DNA of 64,000 nucleotides from Longimicrobiales bacterium. GTDB taxonomy: Bacteria > Gemmatimonadota > Gemmatimonadetes > Longimicrobiales > Gaopeijiaceae. This document shows, piece after piece, positions 37,701 through 46,800 of the stretch. The notes beneath the pieces are model-generated. The model ran no database searches. It saw only the letters and a list, made by a program, of their open reading frames with translations, and was not told the origin of the DNA. Location of the stretch: assembly GCA_963662845.2 (NCBI GenBank), contig CAXXCM010000001.1:275241-339240 (forward strand). Reading direction: 5' to 3'. The position numbers were made by a program, and so were the translations under genes. How positions within the stretch are numbered: position 1 is the first letter of the stretch; each line of letters opens with the position of its first letter.

Positions 37701-38063
37701 GGTTGTGGCAACCGCTGCGTCAGATGCCTGGAGAACGAGGCTATGGAAGGCGAGCCACCCAGCAAAGGTAATGGACGGACATTGTGGAGTTTCTTGGCCC
37801 TAGTGTATATGCTAGCTGTTGCGCTATTTGTTTGGTGTGGATGGCTAGCTAGCGTTGGCGTTGGGAGTGGAACGGGCTGGTCTGAGTTCGAGTTGGAGGT
37901 GATCAAACTGGTGGCTCCAGGAGTGTTGCTGGTGCCGCTGGGATTTGTGGTTGACGTGTTGTTGCGGGGTCAGGGCACAACTGTCAATACGAAGCGGAGG
38001 CCCGGACCACCTGAGCTGGAGGCCGGGCAAAGCGATGCTGGGTCAAGGAGTAGGGGATCGTGA
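34758..38063 (+). CDS. Orphan large membrane protein: lipoprotein-like signal, extracytoplasmic domain, long charged helical region, multiple TM helices and an eight-Cys cluster
   Basis: Track ORF 34584..38063. The preferred start is ATG 34758, with ggagg 7 nt upstream (MPTISRN...LAMIAPLAMATC). An alternative ATG at 34644 lies 1 nt after the upstream stop. It is visibly AT-richer than its surroundings. TM segments include SILMSVIQTLLPFILLGLAI and VIPVLVGVVATTMTAVAGW. I recognise no family. Confidence 0.65.
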   Translation: MPTISRNPAASTNATIEGSKRFSGLDWLKFVSRGWSSARTLPALAMIAPLAMATCSREPAWEFSIESALEIVDSLESKDPRVTLSENPDECRSVPDSGSATVATGVSQYVASYLTREDLGFKCAARLVTHATERSGTISIDEATELVAWHNGNDPAGGTVFARLFYEQRADDTANLETLWPVAVGLEGLRSVLESADTTTDIVITVSDISLWSAPDPSSLTDSAQTSEHDPYFTNLGVSGDDGPVLPATLVSAPGWMLRSSPYPIGDGASFLFGRHEPPTATTMATEATVPTAGAGIDYLPVSSPFLASDFQPIALVNDSALLKRGTDFARELGAAVQARPVTYASTLNKSILMSVIQTLLPFILLGLAIRATADAARGRRNRIQGELKTIQGFPPRDDPHGPKESLFNYSKSHESIHLWAARIEETAGKLTGAESSLAQTIDDATEARRPDTLLANLKELERLVIPPSVEPPTTDGRLPDPVRLPWAPKWIRRPLAWILVTFGRSPQNASSDGDPNGITEQQEGILSSINEGRGRIEDWEQAAQKLSVLVASQSVNTQLRTLTMLASRLHKSLAKTDELTEKVATWWIEAKGPLGQFVRGYAAGEMAESELEDIRRKSIEVNKKLDKVQSLLPSDLDEDVNRVFKAIDALDKIVQTATQYLNDLSQWAHIYDGLGNLEEAIRRLNRAGTFGEAAGLKEKIETTCKMLRNSMDAGRGEADDLVTVRNAVGVIRGAIPNHNERQHLEQLGGKIEAAMQAIKEADGRIDAEFKKACRQAFLKMRKQKLEDAMRKKVDRILQGTPQRLGQIVIRKGSVIPVLVGVVATTMTAVAGWQLLGAGKQVPALIVLAATFAALLLVGRCVAFSGGKWIAKSKGLPEHGSRIQTRRRSMQLWFVGGCGLVTYGALKSFERAGSAAGLDGIGFHGTIEMFSMFATVLAACSVRDGVQWEPEGRNTTLCLECDDETERDRWKACGGDACELCGCGNRCVRCLENEAMEGEPPSKGNGRTLWSFLALVYMLAVALFVWCGWLASVGVGSGTGWSEFELEVIKLVAPGVLLVPLGFVVDVLLRGQGTTVNTKRRPGPPELEAGQSDAGSRSRGS

Positions 38064-38644
38064 TGAACATCTGGCAAGGGCTTGGAGCAATCGTGGTGAT
38101 CGTCGTTGTGACTTTGCTTCCCGGGAGCGCGTGGGAGCAGGCGGAGGGGGCTACGGAACCGGCGGAAGGGCCGGAACCCGACGTTGGCGATGCCGTGGCC
38201 GTTGAGGACTCGGTGACGCGCACCGATGTGCTGACTTGGGATGATCGAGGCAAGGACAGGCGGGGTGTCGTGGTCACCCTGACCATTCCACGTGGGAGGA
38301 GCCTCGTCGCAATCGAACCCATTGAAGCCGATTCAGGGTTGGGAGGTGAGGTGCTTGAGTTCGTCCGCATCAACTCTACCCTAGTGCTCGATCCTTCAAA
38401 GCTGCGTCGAATCCGTTTCAGGGCAGTGGATGGGGGTGAATCGAAGGTCACCATATCGGTGCGGCTCAAGCGGTGTGCGCCACTGCGGCTCGCGGTCCGG
38501 GAGTATGTGGGCGACATCGGTATTCGCCGGGTGCTGGAGCAGGACCATGACTTTCCGAACTGCTGTCCCACCTCACTGGCGGCTGCTCCCACCGCTGAGG
38601 ATGCACAGGCCACACGATCTGATCGCGATAGGTGGGGCTCATGA
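38063..38644 (+). CDS. Hypothetical signal-anchored protein coupled to the orphan membrane protein
   Basis: Track ORF 38060..38644. ATG 38063 overlaps the upstream TGA (TGATG), and GTG 38060 is also possible. It has an N-terminal hydrophobic helix (GLGAIVVIVVVTLLPGSAW). Its stop overlaps the next gene's start (ATGA). Confidence 0.55.
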   Translation: MNIWQGLGAIVVIVVVTLLPGSAWEQAEGATEPAEGPEPDVGDAVAVEDSVTRTDVLTWDDRGKDRRGVVVTLTIPRGRSLVAIEPIEADSGLGGEVLEFVRINSTLVLDPSKLRRIRFRAVDGGESKVTISVRLKRCAPLRLAVREYVGDIGIRRVLEQDHDFPNCCPTSLAAAPTAEDAQATRSDRDRWGS

Positions 38645-41600
38645 GTCGCAGCGGAACCATCGGGCTGGTGAAGGCCTGGTTGATGGTGGCATTGGCTACC
38701 GGCTGCGGCGACGGCGCGGTCGAGCCGGTTCCGCCCCCAGCTCCAGTGCCAACCACGATCACTATCTCCCCCGCTTCGGCGACGCTTCAGTCGCTGGGGG
38801 AGACCGTCCGGCTGGCCGCGACCGTACAGGACCAGAACGGGCAGACGATGTCGGGTGCCACGGTCGCATGGGCGAGCAGCGACCCGTCGGTGGCGACCGT
38901 GGACGCATCGGGCTTGGTGACGGCGGTGGCAAATGGAAACGCGATGGTCACGGCCACTGCCGGTTCGGCATCGGGCTCAGCTGCGGTGACCGTCGATCAG
39001 GTGCTGGCTGCGGTGGTGGTCGAGCCCGCGACGGACACGCTGCTCGCGTTCGGCGACACGCTCCGCCTTTCGGCCGAGGCCGTCGACGCCAACGGGCACG
39101 CGGTCGCCAGCGCGGAAATTGCGTGGGCGTCGGGCGACACTCTCGTGGCCGTCGTGGACCAGCAGGGCCTCGTGACGGGGGTCTCCCCAGGCGAGGCGGA
39201 GGTGACTGCCAGCTCGGCGGAAGTGACGGGACAAGCGCACCTCGCGGTGCTGGCTCCGGCACCGACAACGCTCGCGATCAGCCCGGACACGGTCGGGTTC
39301 GACGCCCTTGGGCAGACCGCACGGCTCGTGGCGGAGGTGCGCGACCAGGCCGGACGCGCAATGGAAGGCGTGACGGTCTCGTGGTCGAGCGGCGACACGA
39401 CGGTCGCACTGGTGGATTCGACGGGTCTGGTGACGGCTGCGGGCACGGGGACGACGACGATCGCCGCAAAGGCGGACTCGGCATCCGGCGATGCTGCGGT
39501 CACGGTGATGCAGTTGGCGGGCTCGGTTGTGCTGTCGCCGTCAACGGACACGATCTCTCCCGGCGACACCCTGCGGCTGGGAGCGGATGCGTTCGACGGG
39601 AACGGTCATGTGATTGAGACGACGGAGTTCGACTGGTCGTCGAGCGATGTCTCCGTGGTGCGGGTCGACGCCTACGGGCTGGCGACAGGCGTGGCCGAGG
39701 GGCGGGCGACGGTCACGGCGGTCGCAGGAGATGTGCATGGGACGGCCGAGATCACGGTCGAAAACCCCGACCGAGCGGCGCTGGTGGCGTTGTACAACGC
39801 AACCGATGGTCCGAACTGGGTGAACAACGAGAATTGGCTGACGGACGCGCCGCTGGGGGAGTGGTACGGGGTGGACACGGACGCTTCCGGTCGTGTGGTG
39901 GGACTTAACCTGGGGGGCCGGTGGGACGAGGTGGCGAGACAGTGGATCCCGCACGGCTTACTTGGCCCGATTCCGCCGGAACTGGGCGATCTGGCTCGTC
40001 TGGAGCGGTTGGATCTCTCCAACAACGGCTTGTGGGGCGGGATCCCACCGGTAATCGGCGGCTTGGCGGATCTCCAAGGTCTGTATGTCCGAGGGAATGA
40101 CTTGACAGGCACAATCCCGGCGAGTCTAGGCGACTTGACGAGTCTGAAGTGGTTGGATGCCCGCTACAACGCGCTGACGGGTGGGATCCCGCCAGAACTG
40201 GAAGGCCTGTCGAATCTGCGGATCCTTCGTCTCGGCTTCAACGATCTGACGGGTGCGATCCCGCCGAAACTGGGCAAGCTATCAAGTTTACAGGTACTGA
40301 ACCTTAGGTACAACAGACTAACCGGCGTGATCCCTTCGGAGCTGGGCAACTTGACTAACCTTATTGAGCTGCTCTTGGACACAAACACTCTAACGGGGCC
40401 GATACCGCGAATTCTGGGCAATCTGTCAAGTCTGCGGTGGCTCTTGCTATATGACAATCAGCTCTCCGGCGCGATTCCCCGGGAGCTTGAGAAGCTGAGC
40501 CATCTGGCGTTTCTGAGCCTCTGGGGGAACGACCTCTCCGGCACGATTCCGCCGTGGCTCGCCGATCTATCGAATCTGACCTACTTGGATCTTGGAGAAA
40601 ACCAGCTCTCGGGCCCGATTCCGCCGGAGCTGGGAAAGCTGAGCCATCTGACGTATCTGAGCCTCAGTTCGAACTCGCTAACGGGTACGCTGCCGCCGGA
40701 ACTCGGCAATCTCTCCAAACTGAATCGGCTTGTGATCGACGACAACGACATCTCGGGCCCAGTGCCACGAACCTTCCTGAACTTGCCGCTACAAAGGTTC
40801 GGCTGGTATTGCGGTGACGCGAAACATGACGTGTGCGTGCCCGGCACATCCGAGTTCGTGGATTGGCTGGAGGGAATTGAATGGCTCGGGCGTTTCTGCA
40901 ACGCATCGGATGAGGCCACGCTGTCCAACCTGTTCGACTGGACTCACGGGCGCAAGTGGACCGAGTCCGGCGGGTGGCTGGGCGGCCCTGTGCTGGAGGA
41001 GTGGCACGGTGTGCGGACCGATTCGCTGGGCCGGGTAACGGCCCTGCATCTGAGCGACAACGGCCTCGAGGGCGGCTTGGCAAGTGATCTCGCCGAGCTC
41101 GATCAGCTGACCACCCTTCGGATCGATGGCAACCCGCTGGCCGGACGGCTGCCGGTTGCCTTTACCCAGCTTGCGCTTAGCGATTTCCACTACCATGGCA
41201 CCGAACTGTGCACGCCCACGGACAAGGCGTTCCAGAGCTGGCTGGCGGGAATCGAGTCGCACGAAGGCACGGGCGTCGAATGCGCGCCGCTGACGGATCG
41301 CGACGTGTTGGCGGACCTGTACAGGAGCAATGGGGGGCGAGACTGGAAGAACAACCGGAACTGGCTCGGCGATGGCCCCCTCCGTCGCTGGCAAGGAGTC
41401 GAAGTCAATGACAAGGGCCGCGTCGTAGGCTTGGACCTCTCCGAGAACGACATTTCGGGCGCGATCCCGCCGGGGCTGGGCGACTTGTCGGATTTGGGAT
41501 ACCTAGACCTTTCGCACAACGAACTGGCGGGTCCGATTCCGCCGGAACTGGGCGATCTGGCCAATCTGCGGATACTCGATCTCGCCTTCAACGGTCTGAC

Positions 41601-43857
41601 GGGCGGAATACCGACAGCACTGGGCAACCTGTCGAATCTGCAACGACTTCACTTGGGCTGGAATGGCCTGACGGGCCCAATACCAGTGGAACTCGCCAAC
41701 CTTGCCGATTTGGAAATGGTGAATCTGTCCGACAACGATCTGACGGGTGCTATTCCTCCAGAACTGGGCGATCTGTCTAATCTGCGGTGGTTGTACTTGG
41801 CTTCGAACGACTTTTCGGGCACGATTCCTCCAGCGCTGGGCGATCTGTCTAATCTGCGGTTGTTGGACTTGGCTGCGAACGACGTGACGGGCGCGATTCC
41901 TCCAGCGCTGGGCGATCTGTCTAATCTGCAGGTGTTGGACTTGGCTTCGAACGACGTGACGGGCGCGATTCCTCCGGAGCTGGGCGATCTGTCGAATCTG
42001 CAGCGGCTCTACCTCGGTTGGAACAGCCTGACGGGCGCGATACCTCCGAAGCTGGGCGATCTGTCTAACCTGAGGCTACTCGATTTGGCAGAGAACAATC
42101 TGGCGGGTGCGATCCCGAGGAAGTTGGGCAATCTGGCCAATCTGCAGCGCTTGCAGCTTACCCAAAACAACCTTTCCGGCCCGGTACCGCCCGAGTTTGG
42201 TGGACTGGCGAGGCTCGAACAACTGGGGTTGGCGAACAACGGCGAACTGGCGGGCACCCTGCCGGCGAGCCTCGTCCGTCTCCGCCTCGAGTCGTTCCTG
42301 ACCGGGGGCACGGATCTGTGCGCACCGTCCGACCCCGCCTTCCAGGCGTGGCTGGGCACGATCCCGAAGAGGTGGATCGCCAGTTGCGGCGAGGCGAAGG
42401 CGTACCTCGCCCAGGCGGTGCAGTCGCGCACCCATCCGGTTCCGCTGGTGGCGGGCGAGAGCGCGCTGCTGCGGGTCTTTGTCACCGCCGGGGAGGCCAC
42501 GAGCGAGGGCATTCCCGCCGTGCGCGCCCGTTTCTATCTGGACGGAGTCGAGCGGCATGTGGTGGAGGTCCCCGGCAAGGCCGTGCCGATTCCGACGAAG
42601 GTCGAGGAGGGCGAACTGTCGAAGTCCGCCAACGTGGAGATACCGGGCCGGATCATTGGACGGGGCCTGGAGATGGTCGTCGAGATCGACCCGGAGGGCA
42701 CGCTGGATCCCCGACTCGGTGTTCCGAAGCGGATCCCGGAGACGGGTCGGCTGGCAATCGAGGTGGGGGAGATGCCCGCGCTGGACCTCACGGCGATCCC
42801 CTTCCTGTGGCGCGCCGATCCCGATTCGGCGGTAGTGGAGGCGGCGAAGGGTATGGCAGCCGACCCGGAGGGCCACGGCCTTCTGGAGGACACCCGCATC
42901 CTGCTGCCCGTCGGCGAACTCGACGTCACCGCGCACGACCCCGTGCTCAGCACCAGCAACGACGCCTTCGACCTGCTGGGTCAGACAGAGGCGCTGAGGC
43001 TCCTCGAGGGTGGAACGGGCCACTATGCGGGCATGATGTCCGGACCGCTGACCGGGGGGGTGGGCGGAGTGGCCTATGTTCCCGGTCGATCCAGCTTCTC
43101 GACGCTGCATTCCCCAACCATCGCCCACGAGCTCGGCCACAACATGGGGCTGGGGCACGCGCCGTGCGGTGTTGGGGGGGACCCGTCGTTCCCGGATCCA
43201 GCCGGCAACATCGGTGCCTGGGGGTACGATTTCCGGAACGGGCTCCTGGTACCACCGCACCGACCGGATCTGATGAGCTATTGCGCGAGGCACTGGATCA
43301 GCGGCTACCACTTCGCCAACGCGCTCGCCCATCGGCTGTCCGACGAAGGCGGGTCTGCCGGTGCGGCGGTCGTCGCCCCGTCCAGGTCGCTGCTCCTTTG
43401 GGGCGGGGTCGACCCGGACGGTCATCCATTCCTCAACCCTGCGTTCGTCGTCGAGGTCCCGGCCGCGCTGCCGGACTCGGCAGGCGACTACACACTGACC
43501 GGGCGCGACTCAGGCGGCGGCGAAATCTTCTCGCTGAGCTTCGCCATGCCGGAGGTGGCTAACGAGGCGGAAGCCGGTTCCTCGTTCGCATTTGCACTGC
43601 CGGTACGGTCGGCGTGGGGCGACGCGCTTGCCTCCGTCACCCTCTCTGGGCCCGATGGCGACGTTGAGCTGGATGGCGGCACCGACCGTCCCATGGCCAT
43701 CCTGCGCGATCCCCGCACTGGGCAGGTGCGTGCGTTCCTGCGCGACTTGCCGCAGGCAACCCAGGCAGCGATGGGCGCGGCGAGACGGGCCGCCGGCCCC
43801 GGGATGGAGGTGCTGTTCAGCCGCGGGATTCCGGAACCCTCAGCTTGGAGGCCGTAA
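38641..43857 (+). CDS. Giant lipoprotein: 5x Big_2, two blocks of plant-type 24-aa LRRs with N-caps, and a C-terminal metzincin-like zinc protease domain
   Basis: Track ORF 38632..43857 with ATG 38641. Lipobox LATGC. Big_2 repeats are followed by LRR caps (ALVALYNATDGPNWVNNENWLTDAPLGEWYGV). The LRR consensus is LxxLxxLxLxxNxLtGxIPpeLGnLsn. The zinc motif is HELGHNMGLGH (43126-43158), with DLMSY downstream. Confidence 0.85.
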   Translation: MSRSGTIGLVKAWLMVALATGCGDGAVEPVPPPAPVPTTITISPASATLQSLGETVRLAATVQDQNGQTMSGATVAWASSDPSVATVDASGLVTAVANGNAMVTATAGSASGSAAVTVDQVLAAVVVEPATDTLLAFGDTLRLSAEAVDANGHAVASAEIAWASGDTLVAVVDQQGLVTGVSPGEAEVTASSAEVTGQAHLAVLAPAPTTLAISPDTVGFDALGQTARLVAEVRDQAGRAMEGVTVSWSSGDTTVALVDSTGLVTAAGTGTTTIAAKADSASGDAAVTVMQLAGSVVLSPSTDTISPGDTLRLGADAFDGNGHVIETTEFDWSSSDVSVVRVDAYGLATGVAEGRATVTAVAGDVHGTAEITVENPDRAALVALYNATDGPNWVNNENWLTDAPLGEWYGVDTDASGRVVGLNLGGRWDEVARQWIPHGLLGPIPPELGDLARLERLDLSNNGLWGGIPPVIGGLADLQGLYVRGNDLTGTIPASLGDLTSLKWLDARYNALTGGIPPELEGLSNLRILRLGFNDLTGAIPPKLGKLSSLQVLNLRYNRLTGVIPSELGNLTNLIELLLDTNTLTGPIPRILGNLSSLRWLLLYDNQLSGAIPRELEKLSHLAFLSLWGNDLSGTIPPWLADLSNLTYLDLGENQLSGPIPPELGKLSHLTYLSLSSNSLTGTLPPELGNLSKLNRLVIDDNDISGPVPRTFLNLPLQRFGWYCGDAKHDVCVPGTSEFVDWLEGIEWLGRFCNASDEATLSNLFDWTHGRKWTESGGWLGGPVLEEWHGVRTDSLGRVTALHLSDNGLEGGLASDLAELDQLTTLRIDGNPLAGRLPVAFTQLALSDFHYHGTELCTPTDKAFQSWLAGIESHEGTGVECAPLTDRDVLADLYRSNGGRDWKNNRNWLGDGPLRRWQGVEVNDKGRVVGLDLSENDISGAIPPGLGDLSDLGYLDLSHNELAGPIPPELGDLANLRILDLAFNGLTGGIPTALGNLSNLQRLHLGWNGLTGPIPVELANLADLEMVNLSDNDLTGAIPPELGDLSNLRWLYLASNDFSGTIPPALGDLSNLRLLDLAANDVTGAIPPALGDLSNLQVLDLASNDVTGAIPPELGDLSNLQRLYLGWNSLTGAIPPKLGDLSNLRLLDLAENNLAGAIPRKLGNLANLQRLQLTQNNLSGPVPPEFGGLARLEQLGLANNGELAGTLPASLVRLRLESFLTGGTDLCAPSDPAFQAWLGTIPKRWIASCGEAKAYLAQAVQSRTHPVPLVAGESALLRVFVTAGEATSEGIPAVRARFYLDGVERHVVEVPGKAVPIPTKVEEGELSKSANVEIPGRIIGRGLEMVVEIDPEGTLDPRLGVPKRIPETGRLAIEVGEMPALDLTAIPFLWRADPDSAVVEAAKGMAADPEGHGLLEDTRILLPVGELDVTAHDPVLSTSNDAFDLLGQTEALRLLEGGTGHYAGMMSGPLTGGVGGVAYVPGRSSFSTLHSPTIAHELGHNMGLGHAPCGVGGDPSFPDPAGNIGAWGYDFRNGLLVPPHRPDLMSYCARHWISGYHFANALAHRLSDEGGSAGAAVVAPSRSLLLWGGVDPDGHPFLNPAFVVEVPAALPDSAGDYTLTGRDSGGGEIFSLSFAMPEVANEAEAGSSFAFALPVRSAWGDALASVTLSGPDGDVELDGGTDRPMAILRDPRTGQVRAFLRDLPQATQAAMGAARRAAGPGMEVLFSRGIPEPSAWRP
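38752..39190 (+). repeat. Shared N-terminal Big_2 cassette, copy C (approximate limits)
   Basis: Near-identical by eye to copies A and D over two Big_2 domains. Confidence 0.8.
41752..42039 (+). repeat. Four near-identical 72-bp tandem units (24-aa LRRs) inside the second LRR block
   Basis: Units lie at 41752-41823, 41824-41895, 41896-41967 and 41968-42039. The two middle units differ at only about 3 positions (attcctccagcgctgggcgatctgtctaatctgc[g/a]g[t/g]tgttggacttggct[g/t]cgaacgacgtgacgggcgcg). Weaker 72-bp periodicity extends over about 41440-42250. Confidence 0.85.
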
Positions 43858-46800
43858 TGGCAATGATCGCCGGCGGTGCCGCGAACGTACGAGGCGGACG
43901 GTCCTCGCAACCGTCCAAGGGAAACGCGCCACTACTTGCCGCGTTGCTGGCCACGTGCCTGACCACCGGCTGTGGCGACGGCGCGGTCGAGCCGATCCCG
44001 CCCCCAGCTCCGGTGCCAACCACGATCACCATCTCCCCCACCTCGGCGACGCTCCAGTCGCTGGGGGAGACCGTCCGCCTGGCCGCAACCGTGCAGGACC
44101 AGAACGGGCAGACGATGTCGGGTGCCACGGTCGCGTGGGCGAGCGGCGACCCGTCGGTGGCGACCGTGGACCCTTCGGGTCTGGTAACGGCGGTGGCGAA
44201 TGGAACCGCCAGCGTGACGGCCACAGCCGGTTCGGCGTCGGCATCCGCAGCGGTGACCGTCGATCAGGTGCTGGCTGCGGTGGTGGTCGAGCCCGCGACC
44301 GACACGCTGCTGGCCTTCGGCGACACGCTCTGGCTCTCCGCCGAAGCGGTCGACGCTAACGGGCAAGCGGTCGCGGGTGCCGAGTTCGCGTGGGCATCAG
44401 GCGACACGCTGGTGGCGACCGTGGACCAGCACGGTCTCGTGACGGGGATCTCCCCAGGCGAGGTGGAGGTGACTGCCAGTTCGGCGGACCTGACGGGACG
44501 GGCGCAGCTCGCGGTGCTGGCCCCCGCACCGACGGCGGTGGCGATCAGCCCCGACACGGTGGGGTTTGACGCCCTTGGGCAGACCGCGCGGCTTGTGGCG
44601 GAGGTCCGAGATCAAGCCGGACGCGCGATGGAGGATGTGGCCGTGTCCTGGTCGAGCGGCAACCCGATGGTCGCACTGGTGGACTCAACGGGGCTGGTGA
44701 CGGCGGCAGGCACCGGAACGACGACGATTGCCGCGACAGCGGACTCGGCCTCCGGCGAAGCCACGGTCACGGTGACGCAGTCGGCGGGCTCGGTCGTGCT
44801 GTCGCCGGCAACGGACACGATCGCTCCCGGCGACACCCTGCGGATGGGAGCGGAGGCGTTCGACGGGAACGGTCATGTGATCGACGCGACGGAGTTTGAC
44901 TGGTCGTCGAGTGATGTCTCCGTGGTGCGGGTCGACGCCTACGGGCTGGCGACAGGCGTGGCCGAGGGGCGGGCGACGGTCACGGCGGTCGCGGGAGACG
45001 TGCATGGGACCGCCGAGATCACGGTCGAATACCCCGACCGTGCGGCTCTGGTGGCACTGTACAACGCCACCGATGGACCAAACTGGGTGAACAGCGAGAA
45101 CTGGCTGACCGACGCGCCGCTGGGGGAGTGGTACGGGGTGGATACGAACGCTTCCGACCGGGTAACCAGCCTTTACTTCAGGGGCAGATGGGACGGCTGG
45201 CGGGGACAGGTATTGGTGCCCCACGGTCTATCCGGGCCCATTCCGCCAGCCCTTGGCGACCTTACCGAACTGCGACGGGTCGATTTCTCCTTGAACCGAC
45301 TGTCGGGCCCGATTCCGTCCGAACTGACCAGTCTCATCAACTTGGAGCGTCTCGCACTCGGTGTCAATGATCTGTCGGGCCCGATTCCGCCGGAGCTGGG
45401 CAACCTCGTGAACCTCCGTTATCTCTCACTCGGCGATAATCGCCTGTCGGGCCCGATTCCCTCAGAGCTGGGCAACTTGGTGAAGCTCGAACACCTCGAC
45501 CTCGGCAATAACGGCCTGTCGGGCCCGATTCCGCCCGGACTGGGCAACCTCGTCAACTTGTACAATCTCGTGCTCTTTGGCAACAGCCTGTCTGGAACCA
45601 TTCCGTCGGAGCTGGGCAATCTCGTCATGCTGGGGTCCCTCTACCTCAACGTCAACGATCTGTCCGGTCCGATTCCGCCGGAGCTGGGCAACCTTCGCCA
45701 ACTGAACACACTGTGGCTTCACTACAACGAGTTTTCTGGTCCGTTCCCACAAAGCCTGTTGACCCTGCCGCTGGAGAGGTTGGCTTGGAACTGCGGCGTC
45801 CATGGGCTTTGCTTGCCCGGCACCTCCGAGTTTGTCGGATGGTTGGAGGGGATCGCCAAGGACGGTCCTTTCTGCAACGCGTCAGACCAAGCGACGTTGA
45901 CGAGCCTCTTCGACCTGATGGACGGGGAACGATGGAACGAATCCACCGGCTGGCTTGGCGGTCCCGCACTCGAGGAGTGGCACGGGGTAGAGACCGACTC
46001 CCTGGGCTTGGTGACCGTCCTTGACTTGAGCGACAACGGACTCTCGGGCGGCCTTCCGGGAGGCATCGCCAACCTCGGCCAGCTTACCCGGCTGCGCATC
46101 GAGGACAACAGCCTCACGGGACGCCTGCCACTCGCTCTGACCCACCTCTCCCTTGACGAGCTTCATTACGAAGGAACGGAGCTGTGCGAGCCAGCGGATG
46201 ACGCGTTCCGGGCTTGGCTGGACGGCATCAAGTCGCACCGGGGGACGGGCAAGCAATGCCCCCCAATTGCCGGCGACCGCGATGTGTTGGAGGCGCTGTA
46301 CGAGGCCACGGGCGGCGCCAACTGGCGCAATGACCACAACTGGCTTAGCGAGGCGCCGCTGGGACACTGGCACGGGGTGCAGACGGACGATCGGGGTCGG
46401 GTAGTCCGGTTGGACCTGGGGTGGAACGGACTGTCCGGTGTGATTCCGCCGGAGCTGGGCGGGCTCGACGAACTGCGATCCCTCGCGCTCTACGGCAACG
46501 ATCTGCAGGGGCCGATCCCGCCTGAAATCGGCGAGCTCAAAAGCTTGGTGTCACTACATCTGTGGGGAAACGGCTTGAGTGGCGCAGTCCCGTCGGAACT
46601 TGGCAACCTCGCGAGCCTAAGGGAGCTGAGGGCTGATGTCAATCGCTTGTCCGGTCCGATACCATCGCGACTCGGCAGACTCACTAGACTATCCTCGCTG
46701 AGGTTTGGTTACAACGACCTATCAGGCCCCATTCCCTCCGCCCTAGGCAATCTCTCCAACCTGGTTCGATTGGAACTCGCCGAGAACGGCCTTTCCGGTC

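Noticed and set aside
41440-42250. Regular 72-bp repeats that might suggest a CRISPR-like or satellite array
   Set aside because: The repeats are in frame within a long ORF and encode canonical 24-aa LRR units. There is no repeat-spacer alternation and there are no cas genes.
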